Of a stretch of DNA of 64,000 nt, positions 49,151-58,915 are shown piece after piece. How positions within the stretch are numbered: the first letter of the stretch is position 1; the number at the start of each line of letters is the position of its first letter. The notes beneath the pieces were generated by a model. The model searched no databases. It was not told the origin of the DNA and worked only from the letters and a program-made list of their open reading frames with translations. This DNA is from a virus (taxonomy: Duplodnaviria > Caudoviricetes): positions 2,768 to 66,767 of the IMG/VR virus record IMGVR_UViG_3300001598_000052; one strand, 5' to 3'. Made by a program: the position numbers and the translations under genes.

Positions 49151-49452
49151 TGGTTTTTTCTGTACATTATAAAATTTCCCATAGAACAGATTTTTTAAAG
49201 AAGTATTTTTGTAAAATGTTCAAAGATACGCTTAATGAAGACAATGAAATTTCCAAAGATAGATTAACTGACCTTATGGAATTAATGGTTAATATGATTT
49301 TAACTGAAAACAAAGCTGGTTTGTATGACCTTTTAACAAAAAAGAATACTAAATCAGCCAGAGTATTTTTTAACTATCTTACATGTTCAAATATCAGATC
49401 TATAAATAAAGAGATGATTAAAGAACGAATCGAAGAGATTTATAAATTCTAG
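49150..49452 (+). CDS. Hypothetical protein
   Basis: ORF track; true start may be further downstream. Confidence 0.65.
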   Translation: MVFSVHYKISHRTDFLKKYFCKMFKDTLNEDNEISKDRLTDLMELMVNMILTENKAGLYDLLTKKNTKSARVFFNYLTCSNIRSINKEMIKERIEEIYKF

Positions 49453-49462
49453 GAAGGTAAAT

Positions 49463-50203
49463 ATGAAAAATTTAAGTGAATTACTTGAAGAAGCACTTAC
49501 ACCAATTTCATTGAATATTGGTGGTGAATTCAAGAAATTTTTAACAGAAGAAGACGACTTTGGCGGCGGAGATGATGCAGGCGGTGGTGATGACCCATTT
49601 GCTGCTCCTGCTGCTGGCGGAGATGATGCAGGCGGTGGTGATGACCCATTTGCTGCTGATGCTGGTGGTGATGCTGGTGGTGATGCTGCTCCTGCTGCTG
49701 GCGGAGATGATACAAATGCTGAAGCCGGAGATGATACTGCAGATGGTGAAGAAAAGAAGCCACCTATTGATGATGGCAGTCATGAAGATGATCCAGACTT
49801 TACAATTGGTCAAGCAAATAATAATGATGTAACACTTACATCTGCACCTGCTGGGAAGATGCTATATGATACAGAAAAAGTTATGAACACTGTTGCAACA
49901 GTAATTCAGACCCTTAAAGATGAACAGCTTGTTGAAATCACTAAGGTTAAGACCGCTATTGAATTAGTATTTAATGGTAAGAAACTTAAGGATGAAGACC
50001 TTGAATTTACGAATTTGAAAAATGCGATTTTCTTAATCAAGAAGATTGGTGCAAAACTGGATATTAAGTCTAGAGCATATTTATATCGTAAGATTAAGGA
50101 ACCGCTTATTCAGAAGCGTGACCAGATTAAGCAAGACATCGCCGTTCAGAAGGGTGAACTCCAGAGTACACGTGATGTTCTAACTGCCATGGATGTTGAT
50201 TAA
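49463..50203 (+). CDS. Late protein with Gly/Asp/Ala low-complexity insert
   Basis: ORF track; RBS GGAAGG. Confidence 0.75.
   Translation: MKNLSELLEEALTPISLNIGGEFKKFLTEEDDFGGGDDAGGGDDPFAAPAAGGDDAGGGDDPFAADAGGDAGGDAAPAAGGDDTNAEAGDDTADGEEKKPPIDDGSHEDDPDFTIGQANNNDVTLTSAPAGKMLYDTEKVMNTVATVIQTLKDEQLVEITKVKTAIELVFNGKKLKDEDLEFTNLKNAIFLIKKIGAKLDIKSRAYLYRKIKEPLIQKRDQIKQDIAVQKGELQSTRDVLTAMDVD
49565..49657 (+). repeat. Intragenic direct repeat (42-bp unit, 51-bp period) encoding GGDDAGGGDDPFAA
   Basis: GGCGGAGATGATGCAGGCGGTGGTGATGACCCATTTGCTGCT occurs twice. Confidence 0.85.
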
Positions 50204-50222
50204 TCTTGATGAAATTAAAAAA

Positions 50223-50250
50223 TAAAAGCGACTCATTTGAGTCGCTTTTT
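50223..50250. terminator. Bidirectional terminator
   Basis: AAAAGCGACTCA-T-TTGAGTCGCTTTTT. Confidence 0.8.
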
Positions 50251-50269
50251 AATATGTTAAATTTTTTAA

Positions 50270-50746
50270 TTAACCTAAAGAATTATAGAAAACTAAAATT
50301 GCTGACGCGAGCTGTAAAGTATCATAGTCACGACTTGTATAGTTTTTGATGTACTTGTTAAAAGCCATGCAACTACACTTACTGGAATCATTTACTATTG
50401 ATTCAGGGCGGTCAATATTACCATCCTTAGATTCTACAATACTAACTACTTGTTCACATGCTCCATGAATTTGTTTTTCCCAACTTTGAATTTGGTCAAG
50501 AGCATCTTTCATGCGCTTTGTTTGTGAGATGGTGTCAGCAAAACCCGATTCAATAGACATAATTACTGAATTTGCAATATCAACTTGATGCTTAATTGCT
50601 TCGCGGATAATTTCATTCATCTTTTTGCCTTGTGGTTCTGCAGCAGCTTCAATGTCAAGGTCATTATCCTCGACAATAATTTTATAGTCTTCTGTTAAGC
50701 TCTTTAGACTATCAATAATATGTTCAAAATCTTCTGTTAACATCAT
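50270..50746 (-). CDS. Hypothetical protein
   Basis: ORF track; coupled to the upstream large gene. Confidence 0.7.
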   Translation of the reverse strand: MMLTEDFEHIIDSLKSLTEDYKIIVEDNDLDIEAAAEPQGKKMNEIIREAIKHQVDIANSVIMSIESGFADTISQTKRMKDALDQIQSWEKQIHGACEQVVSIVESKDGNIDRPESIVNDSSKCSCMAFNKYIKNYTSRDYDTLQLASAILVFYNSLG

Positions 50747-53700
50747 TAACCTCTAATATATTTATAAATTTCATTTAGGAATGAATCTGGTGAAACATCT
50801 GGATAAATGACAGAATCCTCGACACCTTTTCCATTACCATTATTACCACCGGCAGGTTCGGCAGTTTCACCACCTTCAGTTTGACCATTCTTTGCTATTT
50901 CATCAGCTTCACGTTTACCTTTACGTAATTTGGTATCAGCATCTTTGAATACTTTATCAACATTTCCGTTAAGAATAAACCATACACAGTGTGCAGCGGC
51001 AAAGTATAGATACAAGTCAGAATTATCGCGGTTCTTATCATCGCTAGTTGTAAACTTGTTAGCCATTTCTGTGCCATTGAATTTTTTACAAATATCATAA
51101 TTCTTTGCACCATTTGTAGAAAATTTAATCTGTAACAGATTTCTAGTAATACTTACAATACCATTACCATTATCACCCTTATCAATTGACAATCCAGATG
51201 GAGCACGACCAGCAAAGCTTTGAATATTACTATTCATTTCTTGTGGATTTTTAGCATTGTAGTATTCCGCATTAATATCAGTAGGTAACATGTCAGTATT
51301 GAAGTTAACACTTTCAATAGATTTACCTAATTGATTAATACTATGTTTAATAGGTTCAAGCTTAGTCGGATCAACCTTCCAGTCTGCTTGTCCATGAGTA
51401 TCCTTTGTTGGCACATCACCACGGTTTACTTCACCGTTTGGTGTTTCAGTTTTCGGTGTATTGCCATTGGCTGACTGATTTGCTTGTTGCTCTTCAGTTT
51501 CATTTAGATACAAACTTCTAACCAATGTTTTTGGTTTATAACTATCACCCTTAACATTTGATTGTTCAGGATTTGCAACAGTTTCCGAATCGCTTGAACC
51601 TCCTTCATCTCCCTCTTCATCAGGCCCCTTAGGTTCTTCATCGGCATATTTCTTTAACTGATTACGCATAACGGCCATACAAGACATAAGCATGTATAAC
51701 TTTAGTAGATAGTGTTTACTCTGGAACATCTGGAAGTAAGAGTAATACCACTTAGGAAGCTTACCAGTACCATAGACACTTTCGAGTTCCTTTGTTAATG
51801 CCTTAACTGCACCATCAAGAGATTTTATACGTGCTTCATACTCTTTTAGCCAGGTATCATTTTTGGCAGTCTTCGCAAAATGAACCAAGTCTTTGATGTG
51901 ACTGTCCATAAGAGTATTTTGTTGACTTTCAATTTTTGATGCAAGCTGAGTAGCACGCTGCCCACTGGAAGTTTTCTTTTCCAATTTGCCAGTTGTTACC
52001 ATTGCGGGCCACTTGGTATCATTTTCAGAAATTTTAACGGCTAAGTTTTCAATAGCTGGAATTTCCTTAAAATCTTCGATATATTTTTTAATACCATCTA
52101 AGAAATCTTTAAGACTTGCGGCATCCATATTGAACTTTAAGTCATCTTCTGAAAGAAGCTTATAAAGATTAATAATCTTATCTAAGTCGGTAAAATCAGA
52201 TTTTTCACCTTCCTTATTTCTGACTACATCACCTTCTTCACCTTTGAACTTCTGGAGAGCTTCCATTACTTCTTTTAAACGTTTTTTATCAACTGTATCA
52301 TCGAAGTTTTTCTTAACAAGTTCATAATCATTCAAAGTTTGGTTAGCTTGTTCAGAATGGGTGATACCAGTTTGAGATTCATCATCAGCATCATCACCAC
52401 CAGCAGATTCACCATGGGATTCATCATCCGATGATCCATCGTTTTCATGCAAAATGAAGTTTTTTAATGTAGGTTTATAAGAATCATCTATTTCTTCATC
52501 TTCTTCCTTATCGTTATTATCAGAATCTTGTTTAGGTTTTTCTTTTTTACCTGATTTACCACCAATTACACTGTCAGTCTGAGCATCATTAATTTTAACG
52601 TCTTTGTTTTCTTCAAAACGTTTTTCAGTTTCAGTATACTTATCTAAGGATGCAAGTAAGTTTTGAACAGCCACTTCAATTGAAGTTTGATCATTGCTCA
52701 TTGCGGTTGTAAATGTTTTATTTGTTAAATCAACAGTACCAATAGGTCCATTTTGGAGAAGGTTTAAAAGTTGTGTAAACTGAACGACCGCGCATGCTTC
52801 AGCTGTAGCTTCAGCAGCACCAAATTCTCCATCTTTGATTAGCTGATCAATCTGGTCATTGAACTCTTTGGAACTACCGGAACGAAGTAATTTTTTGATG
52901 TCTTTAAATGCTTCGCCGAATTCATCTTTAATACCTTGAAGAATTTTGCCACCGTGTTCAAGCATATCAAATATGCCGAGGATCATTTTTGGACCAAGGT
53001 TAAAGATTGTTGTCTTTTGTCCTTTAATGCCTTGACAGAGTTTATCAATGTATTCATGATCACGAATAAACGCATTAGGACCGCCAGTACCCCAAGCTTT
53101 TCTACCGCTTAGCTTTTTACCAGTAAGAGGGTCTTTGACTTCTTTATTTTTTGTGTCACGTATTGCATCTTGACCTTCTTTAACACCTTCTTCAAATGAT
53201 GACTGATATTTATCAAACCAAGATTTGAATTGACGTGGCCAAGTTTGTTCGACAGCTTTTACTTGTTCCATAAGTTCTTTAATATTTTGACTAAAGTCAC
53301 TCATTTTTCTTGGAACATTGACACTTTCATTTAGGAATGTTAACCCGCCATTATTAATAATTTGCTGTAAATCAGTATAGTAACTTTCATCTTCTGCAGA
53401 TGAACCAAACTTTTGTTCACCATCAGATTTTTGGTCACCATTGTGTTCAACTTGGTAAACTACTTGCTTTGCAGCATCAACACGCATTTTTTGATCAATG
53501 TCAGTAAATTGCATTAGGAAATTTTCATTTTCACCACTTGAGTCTTTACCATTAAATGCGTCAACCATTAACTGGTTGAATATATGTGAGTCAACCTTTG
53601 TCTTTGAATCTGCAAGTTTGCTAATGAATTCAGATGAACGGTATACTAATGCTTCACCAATTCGCCTATAGTATTCTGTACTAACTACATCTTTTGAACC

Positions 53701-54159
53701 GTTTGTCCCCTTAGAAACATCTTTTGCAATACTTTGTGGGTTTTCTAAAGCAGGTAACAAGTTAGTATCAATAAAACTTTGGTATTTTGTATTCTTTGAT
53801 GAATATTGACTTAAAGTTTTTTGGATGTTAGTACAACCGTTCTTTAACTTATTAGCAACAAGGATAAATGCTTCAGACGGTTTACCATTGTTAATATTAC
53901 GGAATGGTATATATATGTCTTTAATATAGAAACCTTCAGATGCCTTACCGCCAGTATTTGACGGTTTTTTGATATCTAAAACAAATTGTTTCCAATTTTT
54001 ATTTTTTACAATATTATCCATATAAGCAGTTAGCTGTGAGCTACTGCCATTATCAGTAGAAGATTCATCATCGTCAGATGATGAAGAGCTAGTGCTCTTT
54101 TTCTGTTCTTCTTCGTCTTTTCCTTTGTTACTTGCAAAGAGAGCTTCTTTTAGTGTCAT
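50746..54159 (-). CDS. Large charged protein (1137 aa) with acidic linkers; putative processed internal head protein
   Basis: Acidic/Ser linkers ending FLNES, ILHEN, YLNET and FLNEI. Confidence 0.65.
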   Translation of the reverse strand: MTLKEALFASNKGKDEEEQKKSTSSSSSDDDESSTDNGSSSQLTAYMDNIVKNKNWKQFVLDIKKPSNTGGKASEGFYIKDIYIPFRNINNGKPSEAFILVANKLKNGCTNIQKTLSQYSSKNTKYQSFIDTNLLPALENPQSIAKDVSKGTNGSKDVVSTEYYRRIGEALVYRSSEFISKLADSKTKVDSHIFNQLMVDAFNGKDSSGENENFLMQFTDIDQKMRVDAAKQVVYQVEHNGDQKSDGEQKFGSSAEDESYYTDLQQIINNGGLTFLNESVNVPRKMSDFSQNIKELMEQVKAVEQTWPRQFKSWFDKYQSSFEEGVKEGQDAIRDTKNKEVKDPLTGKKLSGRKAWGTGGPNAFIRDHEYIDKLCQGIKGQKTTIFNLGPKMILGIFDMLEHGGKILQGIKDEFGEAFKDIKKLLRSGSSKEFNDQIDQLIKDGEFGAAEATAEACAVVQFTQLLNLLQNGPIGTVDLTNKTFTTAMSNDQTSIEVAVQNLLASLDKYTETEKRFEENKDVKINDAQTDSVIGGKSGKKEKPKQDSDNNDKEEDEEIDDSYKPTLKNFILHENDGSSDDESHGESAGGDDADDESQTGITHSEQANQTLNDYELVKKNFDDTVDKKRLKEVMEALQKFKGEEGDVVRNKEGEKSDFTDLDKIINLYKLLSEDDLKFNMDAASLKDFLDGIKKYIEDFKEIPAIENLAVKISENDTKWPAMVTTGKLEKKTSSGQRATQLASKIESQQNTLMDSHIKDLVHFAKTAKNDTWLKEYEARIKSLDGAVKALTKELESVYGTGKLPKWYYSYFQMFQSKHYLLKLYMLMSCMAVMRNQLKKYADEEPKGPDEEGDEGGSSDSETVANPEQSNVKGDSYKPKTLVRSLYLNETEEQQANQSANGNTPKTETPNGEVNRGDVPTKDTHGQADWKVDPTKLEPIKHSINQLGKSIESVNFNTDMLPTDINAEYYNAKNPQEMNSNIQSFAGRAPSGLSIDKGDNGNGIVSITRNLLQIKFSTNGAKNYDICKKFNGTEMANKFTTSDDKNRDNSDLYLYFAAAHCVWFILNGNVDKVFKDADTKLRKGKREADEIAKNGQTEGGETAEPAGGNNGNGKGVEDSVIYPDVSPDSFLNEIYKYIRG

Positions 54160-54265
54160 GAAAAATTCCTTAATTAGATTTTATTATATTTATAATAAAA
54201 ATGGATATAAAATAAAACCGTAGGTATTAACCTACGGCTTAAAAACATGAAGGTAAATTAGTTAA

Positions 54266-54718
54266 TTAAAATGCTTCAACCTTTTCGCCAGATTCTTCCT
54301 CTTCATCTTCTTCCGATTCTTCATTTTCTTCTTCATCGTCTTCTTCTTCATCATCATCGATGTCAAGGCTGTCAAGAGAAACGTAAGCATCTTCGTTTTC
54401 GCCATCAGATTTTGGTTCAAGAGAAGGATCCATTGCTTCAATATCGCCAAGGTCAACTTCTTCGTCATCTTCCTTAGAGTCAACAATATTCAAGCGAGCA
54501 CCACAACATGGACATACTGGATTTGCAACATCAACATCATATGATTGTTCTTCATCTTCACCATCAGCAAGTTCAACCGGACCAACGGGACCCTGTGACT
54601 GTTCCTGGTCATACTGTGCAAAAGAATTATCCATGCTATTCATTGGATCATCGAGGTCAAATGCTTCGCTAATGAGTCTGGAAGCACGGAAAATAGTAGA
54701 GTTTCTATAATTTTTCAT
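54266..54718 (-). CDS. Highly acidic protein with CPCC zinc ribbon
   Basis: VCPCCGARLNIVD; poly-D/E tail. Confidence 0.7.
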   Translation of the reverse strand: MKNYRNSTIFRASRLISEAFDLDDPMNSMDNSFAQYDQEQSQGPVGPVELADGEDEEQSYDVDVANPVCPCCGARLNIVDSKEDDEEVDLGDIEAMDPSLEPKSDGENEDAYVSLDSLDIDDDEEEDDEEENEESEEDEEEESGEKVEAF

Positions 54719-54735
54719 TTTAAATTCCTTTTCTA

Positions 54736-55233
54736 TTATTTATAACTATATGATTTTAATATTTGGAAAATCTCATTTTCAATATAGAAAGGTGAGACTT
54801 CAATACCATTTTGCTTTACCATATTAGATATGGCGTTTGCTTTCATACTCACAATCTTTTTTAAACTATCGCTAACATATCTAAAACGTTCAGTATATTC
54901 TTGGTTGATATTACCCATAGAATCTACCTCTGGTTCTTCAGTTTCAAGTTCATCTTCATAAATGTTCCTTGCAGCATTTTCGATAATTTCAAGTAAGAAG
55001 TCAGAAAGCTTATTTTCATTCATTGTACTTTCAGCAACTTGTACAATATCATCATCTACAAATTCCTGCTTAGAACTGTCGATTAAACGGAGCTTCGCTC
55101 TGCAACATGGACAATGTAAGTCGTCAGTTGTTACAGTATAGGCTTCAGTAGTGGCGATGTCTTGAGTACCGTCATTTTGGTCTATATTGTAGTCAGATAA
55201 AAGCTTTGCAGCTAAAGTTTGTAAGTTATTCAT
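54736..55233 (-). CDS. Acidic protein with CPCC zinc ribbon (related to 54266-54718)
   Basis: LHCPCCRAKLRLID. Confidence 0.7.
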   Translation of the reverse strand: MNNLQTLAAKLLSDYNIDQNDGTQDIATTEAYTVTTDDLHCPCCRAKLRLIDSSKQEFVDDDIVQVAESTMNENKLSDFLLEIIENAARNIYEDELETEEPEVDSMGNINQEYTERFRYVSDSLKKIVSMKANAISNMVKQNGIEVSPFYIENEIFQILKSYSYK

Positions 55234-55263
55234 ATAATATTTATAATAGAATTTATTTTAACC

Positions 55264-55617
55264 TTATTCTGCAAATGGATCGGCAGGTTCAGTCGCTTCT
55301 TCAACAACTTTCTTGCGACGTGGTTTTACTGCCGGTTCTTCAATAACAGGTTCAACTGGGGTTTCAACAGCTGGTATTTCTACTTTTTCTTCAACAACTT
55401 GCTCTTCATCTTTTGGCTTATTTAGCATAGCAATAAATTTTTGATATTCTTCTTCGAAATTCGGGGCAATCTTACGTGTACAACCATGATAACCATGGTT
55501 AGCACGGATAAGTTCACGAATTTGTGCAAATGCAGCACGCTGTTTATCAGTATCACTAGAAGAACCGGTTAACTGTTCTGTACGTTCAGCATCAATACGA
55601 GCTTGGAATCTATTCAT
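55264..55617 (-). CDS. Hypothetical protein with FEEEYQKFI motif
   Basis: ORF track. Confidence 0.7.
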   Translation of the reverse strand: MNRFQARIDAERTEQLTGSSSDTDKQRAAFAQIRELIRANHGYHGCTRKIAPNFEEEYQKFIAMLNKPKDEEQVVEEKVEIPAVETPVEPVIEEPAVKPRRKKVVEEATEPADPFAE

Positions 55618-55628
55618 TATTTTTCTCC

Positions 55629-56048
55629 TTAATTTTGTATTATCTTATAATTGTCTAAAATATTTATTATTAATTCTTTTATATCATCACCATTTTCTAC
55701 AACAGCAGAAACAGATGTAGTTATTTCATTGATAACGTTTTGTTTTAAATTTGCTTGTTTTAGATTAGCGATAAAATCTTGATATTCTGCTTCAAATTCA
55801 GATAGCGGATTTACTTGTTCCTCTACAGGTGTAAGTTCAGCTTCATCTGCGGTAGTCATTTCAGTAATAATAGTTGGAGGAATAACTACGGGAGTATCTG
55901 GTACTGCGGTAATATTTTCAAACCCATAATATATTGGACTACCAGAATCAATATCATATTTCTCAGGATGTGTTATGTGAGTATGCTGAACTGGATGTGT
56001 AGATATTTGTCGTTTAATTTTTTTAGGTATACTAATATGTTTGGCCAT
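55629..56048 (-). CDS. Hypothetical protein with FEAEYQDFI motif
   Basis: ORF track. Confidence 0.7.
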   Translation of the reverse strand: MAKHISIPKKIKRQISTHPVQHTHITHPEKYDIDSGSPIYYGFENITAVPDTPVVIPPTIITEMTTADEAELTPVEEQVNPLSEFEAEYQDFIANLKQANLKQNVINEITTSVSAVVENGDDIKELIINILDNYKIIQN

Positions 56049-56606
56049 TTATTTCTCACTCATATTTTTAATTATAGATGGTAAACATTCTATAATTTCA
56101 TTAACTATTTCTTTTTTCATCATACGTTTTTCATTTTCACGCTTTAACCCGTTAATGAACTCTTGATACTCAGATTCAAATGCATCCAACGGAGATGATA
56201 CCTGTTCTTCTTTAATCTGTTGAGTTGTAACAAGTTTATTGATATTGCCTAGTTTTTTATCTAATGATTCATTAACAATCTTTAAAACTTCACCTGTAGA
56301 TAAGTTTTTGTTCAATAATGTTTGAACTTCAGTTTTCAACGAAATTAACGTGAACTGATGTTGCTTAAGTAAGTCTTCATATTTGGAAGAAAATGACTTA
56401 ATTAAATTTACCAATTCATCTTTAGTTTTATTATTTGCTGAATTTATATTATTTTGGAGTTCTAAGCATGACTTTTCAAATTGATTTAGTTTTTCAACAA
56501 ATACGTTATCAATACGCTCATATACTGCTTTTTCAGAAATTTGTTCTGTAATAGCATCACGATATTGTTTTAATAAAAAATCACCGGAAAATCTTCTACG
56601 TGCCAT
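56049..56606 (-). CDS. Coiled-coil protein with FESEYQEFI motif
   Basis: ORF track. Confidence 0.7.
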   Translation of the reverse strand: MARRRFSGDFLLKQYRDAITEQISEKAVYERIDNVFVEKLNQFEKSCLELQNNINSANNKTKDELVNLIKSFSSKYEDLLKQHQFTLISLKTEVQTLLNKNLSTGEVLKIVNESLDKKLGNINKLVTTQQIKEEQVSSPLDAFESEYQEFINGLKRENEKRMMKKEIVNEIIECLPSIIKNMSEK

Positions 56607-56608
56607 TG

Positions 56609-56995
56609 TTATTCCTTAATATGTTGAAGTAAAGTTTCAGGAATATTATGAATAATTAAACCTGGTGGATTGTTTTTATTTCCGGTTAGTATTTTTAAAT
56701 TATACAAATTTACACCGCCAACAGGAAGTAAAACTTCTACTACCTCATAAAGACATGGATCATTTTCTACATTACTTATAACTTTTTCATTTGGTACAAA
56801 TGAGCGTATTTCAGGATCAATTGTATACTTTGAAACCGCTGCAATATCGCCAGAAGGTTCTGCAGGTTGAAGCTCTTTTGCGCGTTTTACGGCGTCAGTT
56901 AATCTTTTACTAATCCAGTCAGGGCAGTTTCTGCTTTTCACCACATCTTTTATTGTTTGTAAAAGAATGTTTAATTGCTGTACTTTTTCTTCCAT
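56609..56995 (-). CDS. Hypothetical protein
   Basis: ORF track. Confidence 0.7.
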   Translation of the reverse strand: MEEKVQQLNILLQTIKDVVKSRNCPDWISKRLTDAVKRAKELQPAEPSGDIAAVSKYTIDPEIRSFVPNEKVISNVENDPCLYEVVEVLLPVGGVNLYNLKILTGNKNNPPGLIIHNIPETLLQHIKE

Positions 56996-56998
56996 AAA

Positions 56999-57646
56999 TT
57001 ATTCTTCACGTAGTTTACGAATTTTCTTTTTCTTTTTCTTCTTTTTCTTTGGAATTTGATTTAACCAATAATCTGGATGATGTGCATCTGGAACGCCTTG
57101 ATAAAAAGGGTTAGCACTAAACGGTGAACGTTGCCATAGTCCCATTCTTACTGGAGCACAACCTTTGCAATCACCACCGTGTGGAATACCTTGATCAAGG
57201 CCACACGGTGCACCAACACCTATACTAAAGTCTTCATCCATTTTATCTTTAAAACCAAAGGAATTCTTTAAACGTCTGAAGGTACCGATTTTTTGATCAA
57301 AATATTCAGGATGGGTTACCATTTTGTAGAGTAGTTCTTTGACAGCATTTTCATCATAAAGGTCAACGCTTTCAATATCGAACTGTTTAGAATAATACTT
57401 TGGTTCGCGTTCAATAATGTCACGGATTTTTAACCATACAGGCTTATATTTTGCTAGTTCTTGGTCACGTTCATCACGAATATAAACATTTCCGCGTTTA
57501 ACAAATTCATGCACATCATGAGACCAGTCATGACTGCTATTACTCATGCCACAACCAATACCACCTTTTAATACTGCAACATTAGGTCCTTCCGCAATAA
57601 TGTAACCATTGTCTTCAAGTAGTTCAATCGCTTCATTTAATGTCAT
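56999..57646 (-). CDS. Protein with N-terminal EAIELLEDNGY motif and poly-Lys C-terminus
   Basis: ORF track; ends PKKKKKKKKIRKLREE. Confidence 0.7.
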   Translation of the reverse strand: MTLNEAIELLEDNGYIIAEGPNVAVLKGGIGCGMSNSSHDWSHDVHEFVKRGNVYIRDERDQELAKYKPVWLKIRDIIEREPKYYSKQFDIESVDLYDENAVKELLYKMVTHPEYFDQKIGTFRRLKNSFGFKDKMDEDFSIGVGAPCGLDQGIPHGGDCKGCAPVRMGLWQRSPFSANPFYQGVPDAHHPDYWLNQIPKKKKKKKKKIRKLREE

Positions 57647-57648
57647 TG

Positions 57649-58110
57649 CTAACTCCTGTTTATTTTAATTCCATATACCTTATTTATATAGTCCGCTTTG
57701 GTTGACCATTTACCAGTATGGGCATATTTATTATTATAGAGGAGTTCATCAAACGTATCTTGATTATTATCTTTGTAATACCAGATAGCTTCATCTATTG
57801 TAGCTGGAGTAATTTCAGATACCACTAAGTAGTGAATAATTTCATGAACTATTGTTGAGATGTATTTTGCTTTAGTTCGTTTGCGTGCATTTGAAATTTG
57901 TATTCTAAAATTATTTAGTTTACCGTTTTCAAAGTCAACATCATATTTGAAATCACCATTGATATCATCAGCAGTAATTATTTCAATAGGAATATGTGGA
58001 AGATCATTATTGAAAAATAACCTATTACATTCAGCATATAGGTTTTCTGCTAGCTCCTGTGTTATCTCAAATTCTTGTACGGCGAGGCGCTTCTTATTTG
58101 TATATTGCAT
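57649..58110 (-). CDS. SprT-like zinc metalloprotease
   Basis: LYAECNRLFFNNDLP...TIVHEIIH (HExxH). Confidence 0.75.
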   Translation of the reverse strand: MQYTNKKRLAVQEFEITQELAENLYAECNRLFFNNDLPHIPIEIITADDINGDFKYDVDFENGKLNNFRIQISNARKRTKAKYISTIVHEIIHYLVVSEITPATIDEAIWYYKDNNQDTFDELLYNNKYAHTGKWSTKADYINKVYGIKINRS

Positions 58111-58120
58111 AAACTTTTAA

Positions 58121-58357
58121 TTAATATGAATCTATATCTCTCCAGCTTGATTCCATAAAATCTTTTCGCTGTTTAGTATATTCTTTTCCATTATGTTCAA
58201 CAGTCACTATTGCATTTGTATAGTCAATTAGTATTACTTTGACAGCACAGCATGTTTTAACTTCTGGTAATTTGGTCCAGTAAACTGCACCGCGGTTTAA
58301 TGTAAATCCATATTTCATTTGATCACTTTGTGGTGTAGGACAGTGTGGACATGGCAT
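58121..58357 (-). CDS. Small hypothetical protein
   Basis: ORF track. Confidence 0.6.
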   Translation of the reverse strand: MPCPHCPTPQSDQMKYGFTLNRGAVYWTKLPEVKTCCAVKVILIDYTNAIVTVEHNGKEYTKQRKDFMESSWRDIDSY

Positions 58358-58358
58358 A

Positions 58359-58901
58359 TTAGTGTTTCCTTAAAATATCGTCTAATTGAGAATTTAACTG
58401 ACGGACTACAAATTGTTTTGCTAGCATACTAGTGTTTGCTAACTGGTTTTGAATACGTTGGTTATTATAAATGCCACGAACCCAATTAATGTTAGAAAGA
58501 TAAACCATTTTTGGGCGTAACCATTCTCTTATCTTAAACATTAACAAATCAAGATTTGAAATACAGTCATGTTCTTCCTTGGTTACTGGCTGTTTAATTA
58601 AAACACCATTCTTATCTATTAAACCTAAACGATACGCTTTAGTTTTAGACGGAATAGTTGTTATTGATTTAAGAAAAACAAATACTAAGATATTATCGAT
58701 ATCTCTATCGTGTACACTTAGGTTTATTTTCTTTCTTTTATTTTTAAGAGCACGTAATGTTATTGAAGCTTCTGTAAGAATACCATGTGCTTCGAAACCA
58801 CTAGCTAGTGCATTTGCATTGTTAACTAGTCTACGTAAACCTTTTTGTCCGCTTTCATCTTCTAGCGAAGCAAAAAATCTTTCCCAGAGTTCTTTTTCCA
58901 T
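58359..58901 (-). CDS. Conserved T4-like phage hypothetical protein
   Basis: FLKSITTIPSKTKAYRLGLIDKNG pattern; start moved to MEKELW. Confidence 0.65.
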   Translation of the reverse strand: MEKELWERFFASLEDESGQKGLRRLVNNANALASGFEAHGILTEASITLRALKNKRKKINLSVHDRDIDNILVFVFLKSITTIPSKTKAYRLGLIDKNGVLIKQPVTKEEHDCISNLDLLMFKIREWLRPKMVYLSNINWVRGIYNNQRIQNQLANTSMLAKQFVVRQLNSQLDDILRKH

Positions 58902-58915
58902 ATTATATTTATAAC

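Noticed and set aside
49530-49832. Overlapping His/Gln-rich and other alternative-frame ORFs
   Set aside because: Shadow frames of the GGDDA repeat in 49463-50203
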